Assembly (NCBI RefSeq): GCF_004010195.1
Contig: NC_057758.1
Span: 7,809,510 to 7,867,690 of the forward strand
DNA length: 58,181 nt
Direction of reading: 5' to 3'
Origin: Chiloscyllium plagiosum
Taxonomy: Eukaryota
This document shows positions 1-13,180 of the stretch, piece after piece; position 1 is the first letter of the stretch; every line of letters begins with the position of its first letter. Below the pieces are notes generated by a model. The model saw only the letters and a program-made list of their open reading frames with translations, had not been told where the DNA came from and ran no database searches. Position numbers and translations under genes: made by a program.

Positions 1-339
1 CTGCCAGTAGAAGTGGTTGAGGCAGATACATTAACAATATTTAACATTCATTTGGACAAAAACATGGACATGAAATATTTAGAATAATATGGGCTAAATG
101 CAGGGACGGAGGGTGAGCGTGGACGGAAGTTTCGTTCATCATGGAGCAGTTTGGGCCTGTCAGCAAGCGGTAGGACTCCATGACTCGATAATGTTCTGAC
201 TTCTCCGTTATTTGCCTTTAAACTGGGTGTTTATTTAACACTAAAGACTCCTTTGAACACCGTGTTGTAATTTATATGTCGCATTAAATTTAATTCAGAT
301 GATTTCAAAGATTGGTAATCGCTACTATGTTTATAAAGA

Positions 340-500
340 TTTTTGTGAAGATTAACTCGAACAAAAAGCGACCTTAGTCTGTGGCAAGGTTGATGAACTG
401 GGAACAGATTCTCATTCACGTAGCCCTGAGAGAGCAAATACCCACAGTTTGTCTGTCTTGAAGCTACAATTATCGACTTCTGTCGTTTTGTTTTGATAAT
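340..500 (+). pseudogene. degenerate Ig C1-set domain relic
   Basis: ED*LEQKATLVC ... THSLSVLKL, resembling the B-strand ATLVC and E-strand of Ig constant domains; truncated. Confidence 0.4.
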
Positions 501-774
501 TCAGGGGATAAAGGTATCACTGGTTAGGGGGGAACAATTGTTTGTAACCATTCAAACTGTCTTGGGCATGTGAGTAATGGCAGAAGTTTATCGGAGCATG
601 AACATGCTTTTCAGTTTATAAATGAAAACATGCAGCCTGTAACTACTGATAGCAGGCATTGCAATATGATTTAAAAAGAGAGAACTTTTAGAGTCCATAA
701 TCTGAATAGAAAATGTGCCTTAGACAACGTGAGGTTATAACAGTCAAACGGCGTGTATATGTAAGAATGAAATG

Positions 775-1070
775 TAAGTAGGAGATAATGGGGACTGCAG
801 ATGCTGGAGAATTCAGAGCTGATAGAGCAGGGCGGTGGAAAAGTCACAGTTGCTCATGCAGCATCCGAGGAGCAAGAGAGTCAATGATTCAGGGCAGCAC
901 CCTTCTTTAGGACTGGGGAGAGGCAAGGGTCCTGAGAGATGAATGTGTTGGAGGGGTGTGGCTTAAAGAGAGGTAGACCATAAGTGAGTGAAGGTTGGAG
1001 GTGATCGTGATAGTTCGGTGTGGAGTGTGGAGTGGATAGGTGGGAAGGACGATGCACAGGTATTAATGCA
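775..1070 (-). mobile_element. Penelope-like terminal-repeat relic
   Basis: Similar to 35905-36330 and 53068-53272 (ctgcagatgctggag...gcagcatccgaggagca). Confidence 0.6.
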
Positions 1071-1424
1071 AGTGAAACTCAATCTGCCACACCTCAGCCC
1101 AATGTGTGCTAATACCGATCCATCACCCTTCAGTTTTGAAAGATCTTCCCCTCTCAAGAAGCCCTACAAACACCAACCTTGATTTACCCAATCATCCAGA
1201 GCTTTATTGGCTTTGCATAGGTACAGGGAGGAGTGGGTGAGGAGAGGCCGGAAAGTAAGCAGGTGCATTTTATCAATTAATGATTTTAGGAAGAGGGGAG
1301 CCACATTCTTGAGGATGAAAATAGTGGCCGTGTTTTCTGGCCAGAAATGGTGCTATTTCGTCGTCTCTGGCATTCAGTATTGATAGCTATTCGAAATCCT
1401 TCATACTACAGATTTTATCTACAG

Positions 1425-1720
1425 GATTTCTTTCCCAAATATTGCAAACTAAATACACTAGCCATTTAAGCTGGAATTATAGCCAAGCAATTACAAATGT
1501 CCACAGTTTATCTCGAAGGCAGGGCATATACACTCATCTGTTTAGCAAAGAGAAATGTCCCTATGTAATTCAGTAATGTTTTCCAGAATTTAATAAATCG
1601 GTATAGAGCTGAAGCTGACACAGAAATTAATGGTCCAAAGTCTGTGCATGGTATAAGTCTTGTGTATTGTGTAGCACCCATGCCTCTGAGCCAGAAGTCA
1701 AGATTCGGTTCCAGAACATA
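1425..1720 (+). pseudogene. degenerate Ig C1-set domain relic
   Basis: GRAYTLICLAK, then PYVIQ (frameshifted) and KSVHGISLVYCVA; stops and frameshifts present. Confidence 0.4.
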
Positions 1721-2139
1721 AGCTTGTGATCGTGACTCTATCTCTGGAGCAGATGGTGTGGAATTAATTCTTGATGTCACAGAAGTGTTTCATAGCATGT
1801 CAGTCAGGTTGATGAACAAACACACAATATAATAATGTTGCAGCTTTCGGGCCGATTGCTGAATGACGGTGGTGTCCCTACCTCGAGGCCAAATGTTTGG
1901 ATTCGAATTCAACAGAGATCCATAATACATTTTATGCATTTCGATGCATTTCCCTTGCAATCGAGAATATCTGTGAGCATCTTTAATTGATAACACATTA
2001 ACATGTCTGAACATGTTGATCAATTTATTTTAGAATTGTGCCTTAATGGAGAAGTAAGAGGTGTCATTATTGAATTTGAGAAAGCAGGCCAAGGATGACT
2101 GAAAGCTTAGCCATTTCTACTGATTGCAGTTAAACTTGC

Positions 2140-2700
2140 ATCTTCTGAGGTTTATAAAATCATGTGGAGGGTGAATATTCGAGGTCTTTATCCCAGGTTA
2201 GGGGAGTAGTCTAAAACTAGAAGACATAGCTTTAATCTTTCTGAGGAAGATAAATATTTAAAATGGACATAAAGAACAACTTTTTCATGTCAAGCGTGGT
2301 GCTTGAATGGAATAAGCTGCCAGAGGAAATGGTGGAGCCTGGTACAATTACAGCATTTGAAAGGAATCTGGAATAGAGGGATATGGGCTAGATACTGGCA
2401 AGTGGGACTGGATTAATTTTGAATAATTGTTCGGCGTGGACTTTTCGAAGGGATTGTTTCCCTACTGTGAATCTCTATGATTCATTGATTCAATTGATCA
2501 AGATCCTGCCCACTATACAACCAAACTGGATGGCATCTGCAAATTTGCGAATCATACATTCTGCAATTCTCATGTAAATTATTTAAATAAATGACAAAGA
2601 AAAGGGAAACCAACACTTTTGCCTGTGGATCGTTGCTGACTGCAGGCTTCCAGTCTGAAAAAGACAATACTCCACGACCACTCTATATCCTGTGATTAAG
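2140..2700. mobile_element. CR1-type LINE fragments (3' end on +, RT fragment on -)
   Basis: 3' tail ...ctctatga at ~2480 followed by an inverted fragment (FSDWKPAVSNDPQ). Confidence 0.7.
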
Positions 2701-3169
2701 CAGATGAATTCAGAAACGTATATGCACACACACACACACACACACGAAGATTAACAGCGACAGTCGTATCTTTAAGACAGAAATGGCGAAGTTTTGCTTA
2801 AAATGGGGGCCGGGCCAAGCGTAACAGTGAGAACGGAGGACAGTTTTGCAGAGACACATGTCAGGCATGATCGAACAGCAAAATTGATGTAATGGGCCAA
2901 TGGGCCTAATTCCAATTTCCTATGCTTTATGACCTCAAAGTCTCAGGATTATTTTCCCAAGGGTGCGGCGGAGGCTGAGATTGATAAATACTTTATTGAA
3001 CTGTCAATGGAATTGTGGGATGGGATTGAGTCGCTGAACGGTATATGTCTTTTGCTATTTGGTGTGCCCTTATTTCTCCAAAGTGGAGGTGACGTGCTGT
3101 GAGGTAAGCATACTTTAGAATTATGGGTCCCGCCTCTTACGTTTGGGATAATGTTGTTCCTATCTGCTT

Positions 3170-3380
3170 TGGACTGTGCGATCTGTGGTGCTGTCACCCT
3201 CAGGGAGCAGTGAAAGTATTCAAGGTTCACCTTGGCTGTCCTTTGGTAGACAGGAGAGTCTACGTTTCTTGGGAACAGAGAGGAAATGGGTGTTCAGCTA
3301 CAAAATAACCAACCATGAGCTCCTAAATTGTGCAGCATGCTCCATGGCTGAATGGCCAACTGCTGCTCCTACCCCACATG
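3170..3380 (+). pseudogene. degenerate Ig C1-set domain relic
   Basis: SVVLSPS / KVHLGCPLV..RVYVSW / SMAEW across frames (ORF track 3123 and 3176). Confidence 0.4.
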
Positions 3381-3589
3381 TTATTTTCTCAATTCACCAC
3401 TCGAGACTGTTGCAGGGGGATTGATTCATCCACTCAGCGGCGTTACAATGTGACAGCAGGAGACCATTCTCCTCCTCCATAGTGTTAGACAGGAAGGTAA
3501 TGAAGTGTTCAGTGTTTTAAATAAATTACAAGCAAAGAATGAAGCCATGTAACTGTTCTAGTGTTTTGCATATAATCACTGGAGCCCTG

Positions 3590-4680
3590 GGCAGCTACCA
3601 GAAAGTACAGAGTAGAGGTAATTACTCATTTTCAAGTTGGAAATCTGCAACTCGTGGAATTCCTCAGGGATCAGTGTGAGGTCATCAACAGATTACAATC
3701 TAGATTAATGATTTGGATGTCGGGGCTGAATGGATTGGATCGCAGTTCGGTCATACACCAGGATGGACATTCAATAAGATGTCAAGTGGAAGCACAACGT
3801 CTGCAATGGGATACAGGCAGGGGAGGGTAGTGAACAATCGTTTGACAAAAAAGTACTACGTGTGCAGTGGGAACTTTGTGTTGAGGGGAGAGGATAAAAC
3901 AACAGAAAATTATTTTAATGTAAAGAGAACGCAGAACTCGGTAGTACAGGGGGATTTGATCGTCCCGGTACATGAAACGCATCAAGATAGTCTGAAGATG
4001 CAGCGTGTGATTTCGAAGGTCAATGGAATGGTGCTGTTTCGTGCACGGAGTGTCGGGTATGATCTTCGCCATGTTTTTGTGCACCGGGACAGGGTATTAC
4101 TGACATCGCATTTGATGCAATGCATGCCGTTAGATTAGATTTGTTACAGTGTAGAAACAGGTCCTTCGGCCCAGCAAGTCAACACCTACCATCTGTGGAG
4201 TAACCAAACCCCTGTGCCTAATGCACCCTACACTTTGGCCAATGTTACGTGGTCAATTCACCAGACTTGCACATCTTTGGACTGTGTGAGGAAACCGGAG
4301 CAACCGGAGGAAACACATACAGACACGGGGAGAATGTGCAAACTCCACAGAGACAGTCCGCCAAGGCTGGAATTGAACCTGGGACCCTGGTGCTGTGAGG
4401 CAGCACTGCTAACCACTGAGCCACTGTGTCGCCCCTCTCATTTATAGTTTCTTAAAGTGAAAAAAAAACAAAATGGTTGTCAAAACATTTAAAACATGTT
4501 TCACGTTACTCGTTCTCAGGATGAAGGCATTATGTTATGAATAATTAACAGTTTAGGCCTGAGAATGTGAGATGTTGTATTGACCATATAAGATCTTGAG
4601 AAGAGTGTTCTGGTGAATACAAGATTAATATTTCCTCTTGTGTGGGAGAATAAGACTGGGCACTAATTTAGATTATGGCA
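3590..4680 (+). mobile_element. CR1-type LINE fragment interrupted by a SINE
   Basis: GIPQGSV and INDLD RT-region relics; ORF 3713-4138. Confidence 0.7.
4130..4433 (-). mobile_element. HE1-type shark SINE (diverged)
   Basis: tRNA-like head (tggttagcagtgctgcctcacagcaccagggtcccaggttcaattcc on -), central GGAAACCGGAGCA domain, (TCTAA)n tail. Confidence 0.9.
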
Positions 4681-5089
4681 GGTTCCAAGGATAGCACACT
4701 GGACTGGAAAAGGTAACTTCGATTTCTCTTCGTACATGCAGCTCGGCCTGTTGTTCTTTTCCTTCAATTTCTGCGCTTGTTGTAGAATTAGACGTAGTCA
4801 TTTTAACATAGATATTGTGAAGACATTAACTGTTTTATTTTTAAATTATGCAGGCACATATGAAATCATCTTCAAAAAAAGTAGGGCCATTATTTTGTTA
4901 ATGAAATCATTCTGTGTACGACAGCAGCAATGATACATCTCCATGGAGCAGAGAATGTAATTGAGTCATGTAGCTCAGACAATGTTCAGGGAGACCTGAC
5001 GTGGTTCAATCTGGGTTGTTTTAACATTAACAATTCACTTCAGAGAACGAGAAATGTAACCTATATGCGAAGCAACAGTCTTTTTTTCC

Positions 5090-5301
5090 CTTTCTCTTTC
5101 CCTGCCCTTCATCACATTAATGTGTGCGAACTAAACAGAATGTCTCGTCGTCCTTACCACTCACGGAGGATTCCTGATGAGAATTCATCGGAATCTCCCC
5201 ACTGCCTGAAAAAATGGAAATCAGTAAAATTCAACTGTTCCCGGATGGATCCTCATACCAGTAGCAGAATAACTTCAGAAGAAATGAAGCAGACTGGGTA
5301 G
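5090..5301 (+). pseudogene. degenerate Ig C1-set domain relic
   Basis: ITLMC / CELN ... SKIQLFPDGS / TSSRIT / EADW across frames; abuts a CR1 insertion. Confidence 0.4.
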
Positions 5302-5304
5302 GTA

Positions 5305-8300
5305 TGGGACAGACAGGAGATTCTGTGGCTGCAAATTGAAGTACAAGATGGTGTTTTACCTCACAGTTGCAAAGTCCATGGTGTCTCGGAGCGGCTGCAG
5401 AACGTTCTCGAGGGGCACAGTGAGCAGCCAGAAGTTATTTGCATGTTGTCACAAATGGCACAGGTAGAGATAAGGATGTGGTCCAGGAGAGTGACTATCG
5501 AGAACTCGGAAAAACGTTAGAAACCAGGACCACGATGATGGTAATCTCCAAATTACTTCCAGTGCCACGTGCTAGTGAGGGTAAGAACAGGAGGGTATAG
5601 CAGTAGAGTACATAATTGGGGCAGGGGAGGAGAATCAGATTTTAGATCACTGGGATTTTTTTGTGACAGAGGTGGCCTGTTCAAGTGGAGCCTGTCGCAT
5701 CTGAACTGAAGGAGGAACCAATACCCTGGTGGGCAGGTTTGATAGTGCTACAAGGGAGGGTCTGAAGTAGTATGGCAGGGATTCGGTTACTCCAGAGCAG
5801 AGAGGCAAGTGCGAGGCTGGAAGAAGATACAGTCATCAGTAACAGAAAAGTGAAGAGAAAGGTCAGGCTGGGACACAACAGGGAGCAAGTGGGCAGACAG
5901 GTAAGGCTGATGAACTCGGGGCGTGGATAGGCACGTGGGACTGGTATACGTTTGCATTGGCTAAATGAAAGAACGGATTGGCAGGGTACAGGTGCTTAAG
6001 GCGGGACGGGATGGGGGAGTTGCATTTTTAGTAAGCCGAGTATCAAAGCAGTGATCAGAAATAAAATAACTGAAGGATCATCCAGAGGGGCTTTGTGGGT
6101 GGAGATAAGTAATAAGAAGTGTGGTGACGTCATTGACTAAATAGTCAATGGGAATTAGAGTAAAATAATTCTGTCATGAGATTGGGGTGACTTTCTGGGG
6201 GAAGAGGATTGCCAAAATGGGAGATCTTAATTTTCTGAACATGAATTGGAACTGACAAAGGATGAAGGACTTAGATGGGGTGGAAACTGTTATGTGCGTT
6301 CAGTAAACTTTTCTCAAACAGTAGGTAGAGTGTTCTACACGGGATGGGGAAAAACTCAGCCTACCCTTGGGAAATAGGGCAGGATAGGTGACTGAGGTTA
6401 CATTGGGGGGACGCACTTTGAGACCAGTGACCACATTTCTATTAATTAAAGTAGTTGTGGAGAGGGACAAAACTAGTCAACAGATTCCAACTCTATCTTG
6501 GGGCAACATCAATTTTCATTCAATTAGACATGAGTTTGCAGGGGATGGTTAGAGAAGTTTGTTTGCACGCAAACGGACCTCTGACAGGTGGGAGGCATTG
6601 AAAAGTGAGATAGCTGGAATTGAATGACTATATCTTGCTGTGATGGTGAATGTCAAGATTCACAGGAATAGGGAAGGCTGGATGACAAGACATATTGAGG
6701 TTTGATAAGAAATAAAGAGAGCGTGGCTCAGGTACAGGCAGCTGAGATCAAGGGAATCGCTGCAGGTAGACAGGAGTTTACTGAAGAAGGATATCAGGAG
6801 GATGAAAAAGGGGTCATGACATAGCCATCGCCGAGAAAAGTATGGTGAATCCAAAGACGTTCTTGAAGTATACTAAAGAAAAGAGAATAACTACTGTGAG
6901 AGTATGACCTCTTAAGGACAAAGTGGACATGTAAGTGTGGAATCTCATGTGATGGGCAAGGCCGTCGATAAATTTTCACCTCTGGGTTTACTGTATAGAA
7001 ATAAAGGAAGACTTGGGCGCTTGGGAGAGCTCGTGGTGATATCTTGGATGCAGTCCATATTATATACAGGAGGTGTTGGACGTATTAGAATGTATGAAGG
7101 TGGTTAAATCTTCTCGTCTTGACCATATATATGCAAGACTACTGCAAGAGGCTACAGAAGAATTTACTGCCGCCCTGGCTGATATTTTTGCACTATCATT
7201 AACTGAAGGTGAGGTCCAGTAAGAGTGGAGGATGGCGTTTGTTGTGCAATCTTTCAAGAAATGAAGCAAAGAAAACCTTGGGAACTATAGAACTGTATGC
7301 GTAATATCTGTGGAATGTAAGTTACTTGTGAAGATTTTGAGAGATAAGTCATACATGCATTTGGAAAACCATGATTTAATTAGGAAGGGTAAGCATGACT
7401 TTGTGAGTGAGAGAGCATACCTCAGAAATTTGTTTGAGTTCTTTGATGAAGTGTGAGCAAGAAGGTTGATGAGGGCAGGGTAATATAGGTCACCTATAGA
7501 GATGTCAGTAAGGCATTTGATCAAATTCCAGGTGATAGGCAGTTCTGGAAGGTTATGTCGCATGGAATCCAGGGCGAGCTGGCAAATTGAATACACAATG
7601 GGCTTGATGGCAGGAAGCAGAAGGTAATCGTGGAGGAATATTTATTTGACTGGATGCTTCTGAATATTAGAGCATCTCAGGGGTCGATGCTGAGACATCG
7701 GCTGTTGATTATGTACATCAATAATTGTTTTTGAGAGCGTACAAGGCATAATTAATAAGTTTGCTGATGACACGAAAATAGGTGGTGTCGTCGACAGTGA
7801 GAAATGTTTTCAGAAATTGCAGCAGGACTTTGGTCAGTTGTGTAACTGCGCCAGGAAAAGCCAAATGGAGTTTAATATCGATAAGTGTGAGGCCTTGCAT
7901 TTTGGACAAACAAAACAAGGTCGGAGTTTTATATGAATGCTAGGGACTAAACGAGTCTGGTGGAACAGAGGGAACTTGGAACTCGGATGCACTGTTCTCG
8001 AGGGTCACAAGTAGATAGGACATTGAAGGGGTATTTTGCACACTGGCATTCATTAGTCAGGGCACGGGTATAGAAGTAATGCTGCAGTTATGTGGAAGTT
8101 GGTGAGGAAACACTTGTAGTGCTGTGTCCAGGCGTGGTCACATTGCTATCGGAAGGAAGTTATTAAACTGGAAGAAGTGCAGAAGAAATTTACAAGGATG
8201 TTGCCAGGCCTCAACGGTCTGACTTATAGAGACAGGTTGACAAGCGAGAACTATTTTCTTTAGAACTAAGGAGAATGAGGGGGTGGGGGCGCGATATTTT

Positions 8301-8982
8301 GAAACATCGTAAAAGATCTTGAGAGGCATGGATAGGTTGAATTGAATCAATCATTTTTTTCCCAGGGTTGGGGAATCAAGGACGAACGGGCATCAGTTTA
8401 AGGTGAGAGAATAAAAGGGAACATGAGGGTCAAACCTTTTATACCGAGGGTTTAGATTAGATTACTGACAGTGTGGAAACAGGCCCTTCGGAATAAACAA
8501 CTCCACACCGATCCGCAACCCACCCAGACCCATTCTCCTACGTTTACCCCTTCACCTTACACTACGGGCAATTTAGCTTAGCCAATTCACCTGACCTGCA
8601 AATTTTTGGATCGTGGGAGGAAACCGGAGCACCCGGAGGAAACCCACGCAGACACGGGGAAAACGTGCAAACTCCACACAGAGAGTCGCCTGAGGCGGGA
8701 ATTGAACGCGGGTTTCTGGAGCTGTGAGGCAGCAGTGCTAACCACTGTGCAACCGTGCAGCCCACAGTGTTATACATATGGAATTAGCTGGAAGTGGAAG
8801 TGTTCAAGGCATTTACATGTGCAATATTTTAAAGGCATTTGGACAATTACATGGACAGGAAAGGTTAGACGGATATGGGCCAAGTGCAGGAAGACAGGGT
8901 TAGTGTGGAGGAATATTTTGGTCAATACGGACCAGTTTCGGCCAAAGGGCCTGTCTCTGTGCTGTGGGACTCTATGACTCTA
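5305..8982 (+). mobile_element. near full-length decayed CR1/HER1-type LINE (ORF1 esterase-like relic, ORF2 endonuclease-RT relic)
   Basis: Frameshifted ORF2 motifs including FADDTKIGG (tttgctgatgacacgaaaataggtggt at ~7760); 3' tail ending ctctatgactcta. Confidence 0.88.
8452..8764 (-). mobile_element. HE1-type SINE inserted into the 3' end of a CR1 LINE
   Basis: Full head/body/(TCTAA)n tail; LINE sequence continues on both sides. Confidence 0.92.
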
Positions 8983-9338
8983 CCCGTAGAATAAGACTTG
9001 GGCCAAACTCTCATTTTTTCCTTTTATAATGAGATCTAATAATATTTGGACAAAGTTCTGTCAAGTTAATATTGGGGAGAATTTATTTTTCAGTTTGTTA
9101 TCAAACATATGTGTATGTGCAATTGTCTGTGTGTGCGCGCGTGCGTTCATGTGTGTGTATGTATGCGTGCGTGTGTGTGAGTGAGAGAGAGACTGTGTGT
9201 GTTTGCGTCCACATGTATGTATTGCTCAGTATTTTTCAAAGGGAATCATTAATGCACACATTTGCAATATCCAATCGTCATTCTTCTTTCCATTATAGTT
9301 TGAGTAACTTTGTTTTCATCATAAATGCGTTGTTTTAG

Positions 9339-9494
9339 CAGATTAAAGAAAACTACCTGACTTATTCCTAACGCTGACTCTTACACGCTCTGTGAACTAT
9401 AACATTGGCCAAATCACCAACATGGTTAAACTTGTTTGTTTGTGACCACTGGAGGAGTGGGATTACAAACGAGAACAGTGTTCCAAAAACACAG
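9339..9494 (+). pseudogene. internally deleted Ig C1-set exon relic
   Basis: tttag| acceptor, KLPDLFL...MVKLVCL*PLEEWDY in one frame, G|gtag donor. Compare the VQLVCL...VPLQEW pattern of shark IgNAR-type constant domains (from recall). Confidence 0.45.
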
Positions 9495-9509
9495 GTAGTT
9501 GTAGACTTT

Positions 9510-10440
9510 GTGATCCGAACGTCAGTGTCGGATAGTTTGTTGGAGGGGGTTCTGAGGGATTGGATGTACATGCATTTAGGGAGGCAAGGACTGATTAGCA
9601 ATTTTCAACATGAAAATCATTTCTCATTAACGTGACCGAGCACTTTGAAGAGATGACAAAGAAGATTGACGAACGCACTGTAGTATACATTGTTTGCATA
9701 GACTTCGGCAAGGCATTTCTTAGTATCCGCATCGTGGACAGATTACTGAGGTTAGGTCGTATGGACTCCGGTGCAAGGCAACCAATTGGATACAAAATTG
9801 ACTTGAACATAACGGATTGTTTTCCAGACAGGAGGCCGGTGGCCAGCAGCGTGCTGAATGAATCAGTGCTGAGGTTACTGCTTTTCATCATGTATATTAA
9901 CGGCGCAGATGTGAATATCGGAGGCATGTTTAGTAGGTTTTACGGACAACATCAAAAAAGTGGTGCCGTGCACAATGAAGAAAATTATACCAGTGTATAA
10001 CGATACCCTTGAAAGCGTGTGCATTTATATGTTTAAAATATATCTGGACAGGTAGAAATACGAATGGTTCAGTGGGATATTGTCCAAATGCTGGCAAATG
10101 GGATGAGATCAGACTTGATTATCTGGTCAGAGCGGACTGATTGCACTAACATGTCCTATTCGATAATTTATGAATCTCTGATTCTATAAGAGGGATGTCA
10201 AAAAATTCTAAAAATGCCTTTAGAGTGGAAATTCTCTTTCCCAGAAGTTTGGTGTACCTCATTGCTTACATTTATTCGAAAATGCATTAGTAAATTATTT
10301 GACAGGGAAGTGAATCACGGATAATGGTATACAGAGAGGAAAGTGGGGCTGAGATCGCAACCTGATCAGACACGATCTTAGTGCCTTTTGGAGAAGGCTC
10401 AATGTGTCTAATGACCCACTCCTGCTCCTCAGGTCGATGC
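9510..10440 (+). mobile_element. CR1-type LINE fragments
   Basis: ORF 9632-10000 resembles the RT region (FEEMTKKIDE...IDFGKAF). Confidence 0.75.
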
Positions 10441-10669
10441 CTCTATGTTCACTTAAGCCACTCAAATCTGCTAAACAGGAGCAGTTGGAGGTCATTTACT
10501 GCTCTCACCTGAGGCACAGAAACAGAGGAGGAATTGCAGCACCTCAAGTCTGTCACACACCGCTGGGGTAATTTGAAAAAGATAATTGGAAAATGCAGTC
10601 TGGGTATGGAAGAGGCTCCGTATTTCTCATTACTGAGCTTCCTCTCTCTGAATCTTTTGCTTCATTTGT

Positions 10670-10910
10670 TGGTTATATTGTAAACCCAGTTTCACCGTGA
10701 ATATAGCCCCATGCATCACCCTGATATGGCTCATAAAATCCTCTGCTCTCCCAGACTGCAGCACTCAATAACATAGCTTGCAGGGAAATAATACCCACCA
10801 ACTTTCCAAAAATACCATGAACACCAGAAATGGGAGCATGTCGTTCAACCCCCAAACTTGCCTTGCCCTTCATTAAGATCATGGCTGATCAGCTCTCGGT
10901 CTCTTGTCCT
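10670..10910 (+). pseudogene. degenerate Ig C1-set domain relic
   Basis: ITLI(W for C)LIK..LP / TNFPK / TRNGSMS / PKLAL / LRSW across frames. Confidence 0.4.
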
Positions 10911-10989
10911 CTTTCAGGCCCAATACTTCTTAGCCCGAAATTCGCTGATAGGTCAAAATCCATGTGCTGCCTCTTTACATACTTTCATA

Positions 10990-11950
10990 AAACATAGGAA
11001 AATACAGCAGAGTATAGGTCATTGGGCTCTCGATGTTATGCCGACCTTTTATCCAACACTGAGATCAGAATAATCTTCATTCTTCCGTGAACTGACTTCC
11101 ATGTGCCCATCCAAGCATCGCTTAAATATACCTCAAGTATTTGACTCTACGACCATTACTGGCAGTGCATTGCACGCACCCAACTCTCTGAATAAATAAC
11201 CTGACTCTGATTCCTCCACAAAGCCTGCCTCGAATCACGTTAATGCCCAGGGAAAGCAAGCCACTGGCTATTAACACCGTCTCTGCACTCCTCCGCTCAT
11301 CCCCTTGCACAGCTCTGTCAAGTCAACTCTCATCCTTCTTCACTCCAATGAGGAAAGACCTAGCTCCCTTAACTATTCTTCATAATACGTGCCCTCCAGT
11401 CCAAGAACCATCCTGGTAAATTTCCTCTGCACCATTTCCAAAGCTTCCACATCTTTCCGATAATGAGGTGACCAGAACTGAACACAAAATGCCAAGTGCG
11501 GTCAAACCAGGATCGAAAGAGCTGCAGTATAACTTCAGGGCTCTTAAACTCAACCCCCACTAATGAAAGACAACACACCTTATGCCTTCTTAACAAGCCT
11601 ATCAAATTGGATGGCAACTTTGGGGGATCGGTGGACATGACCGCATGATCTCTCTATTCCTCCACACTGCCAAGAACCGTGCCTTTAACTGTGTATTCTG
11701 TATTCACATTCGTGGTTGTAAAGTGAGACACTTCACACTTTTCAGGGTTGAATTCAATCTGGCACTTCTCAGCCCAGCTCTGCATTGTGGCAATGTCCCG
11801 TACAACAGCCCTCTTCACTATGCACCACTCCACCAAGCTTTGTGTCATCAGCAAACGTAGTAATCCATACTTCGACTTCCTCATCCGAGTCATTTACAAA
11901 AAAGGCACAAAGAGCAGAGGTCCCAGAGCCGAGCCGATCCCTATGGAACA
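10990..11950 (-). mobile_element. CR1-type LINE 3' fragment
   Basis: ITTFADDTKLGGVV; WAEKCQIEFNPEKCEV. Confidence 0.85.
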
Positions 11951-12912
11951 CCACAGTTCACTTACATTGATCTCGCTCCCTAATTCTCTATATAAGAGAA
12001 TTCCTGACATTCACAAACCTCTGCTTGAAGAAAACATTCTCTTCTTCTACACCATGACCCACTGATACGAACAAAAGAGGTAACACAGTGGGTCAGGTCA
12101 GAGTCACTCTCCTTGAACTCAGGACAGTATTTTACTGAAGATTGCATCAAGGAACCTGTGCAAGATTGCCCTTAATTAGAATCGATTGTGAACTCTCCAT
12201 TGTTTGGAGTCATTCACAGCACAAGCGAAGTTGTTTATCAGCGGTGGGCATTGACTATCTTAGCCGTCTGATATGTCTGCAGGGGATCCTCAGGGTAGAG
12301 TCCTCAGCCTAGGCCTCCCCGGTTTGTCGTCATAGAATCCTGACAATGTATAGATGGAGGGCATGCAACCCATTGAATCCACACTGAGCAGAAGTGGGGA
12401 TATTCACTGAATTTTACATAATGTTCAGAACGATTTGTGCCCCCTCAACTCCTGAAGCAATCTGTGTCCATGTGCAACAAGATCTGGACAACATTCAGAC
12501 TCATGCTATTGAAGTCTGAGTAACATTCCCGTATCAGCACTGCTAGTCACTGCTCATTTCCACAGTAAAAGGCGCTGCTTATTCCGAACCTCAGTCTGCG
12601 TTCACAAGAATGTGTGGAAGTCAGTCAGCCCATCAAAACTATTGGATTCGAAATGGGATAGCCAGTTCAGTCCCTCCAGCCTATTACACAAGAAGATAAT
12701 GAGTCTGCTCACTGTCATGCATCAATGCACTTGATCAGAAAGAGACCATTTCACAACTGGAGTCACTTACAAAGGAACAGGAGGAGGTCAGAGATGCTCC
12801 AACATCAGAAACAAATGAGGGAGGGAATGCACGGACAGACTGATCCACCTTGATCCACGTGGCTTCATTACTAGTAGAAGACATGTGTCACTTTAATATG
12901 TTTTTCTGGCAG

Positions 12913-13180
12913 TAGGAATGAAGCCAACATTTTCAACCTTTCTCAAAGCGTCTCCATCTCCAAGAAGGGAAACCCGTGGTCTCGGTAGAGGTCAGAAGCT
13001 GATGGGAATGGCTAACTGTTTCAGAATGAAGGTATTCTGGCTGCTGTCAGGATTGTGTACTACGTAACATTCAAACAGTAACCATACATTACAATGTTCA
13101 GAGTTCATTCAGTGCCTGTACCCCTCTGTCAATCGATATGGGGCTTGGCACAGACACGTAAACTATCTGGAATCAAACAT
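12913..13180 (+). pseudogene. degenerate Ig C1-set exon relic
   Basis: tttttctggcag| acceptor (phase 1), MKPTFSTF...FRMKVFWLL, then SSFSACTPLSID in another frame. Confidence 0.4.
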
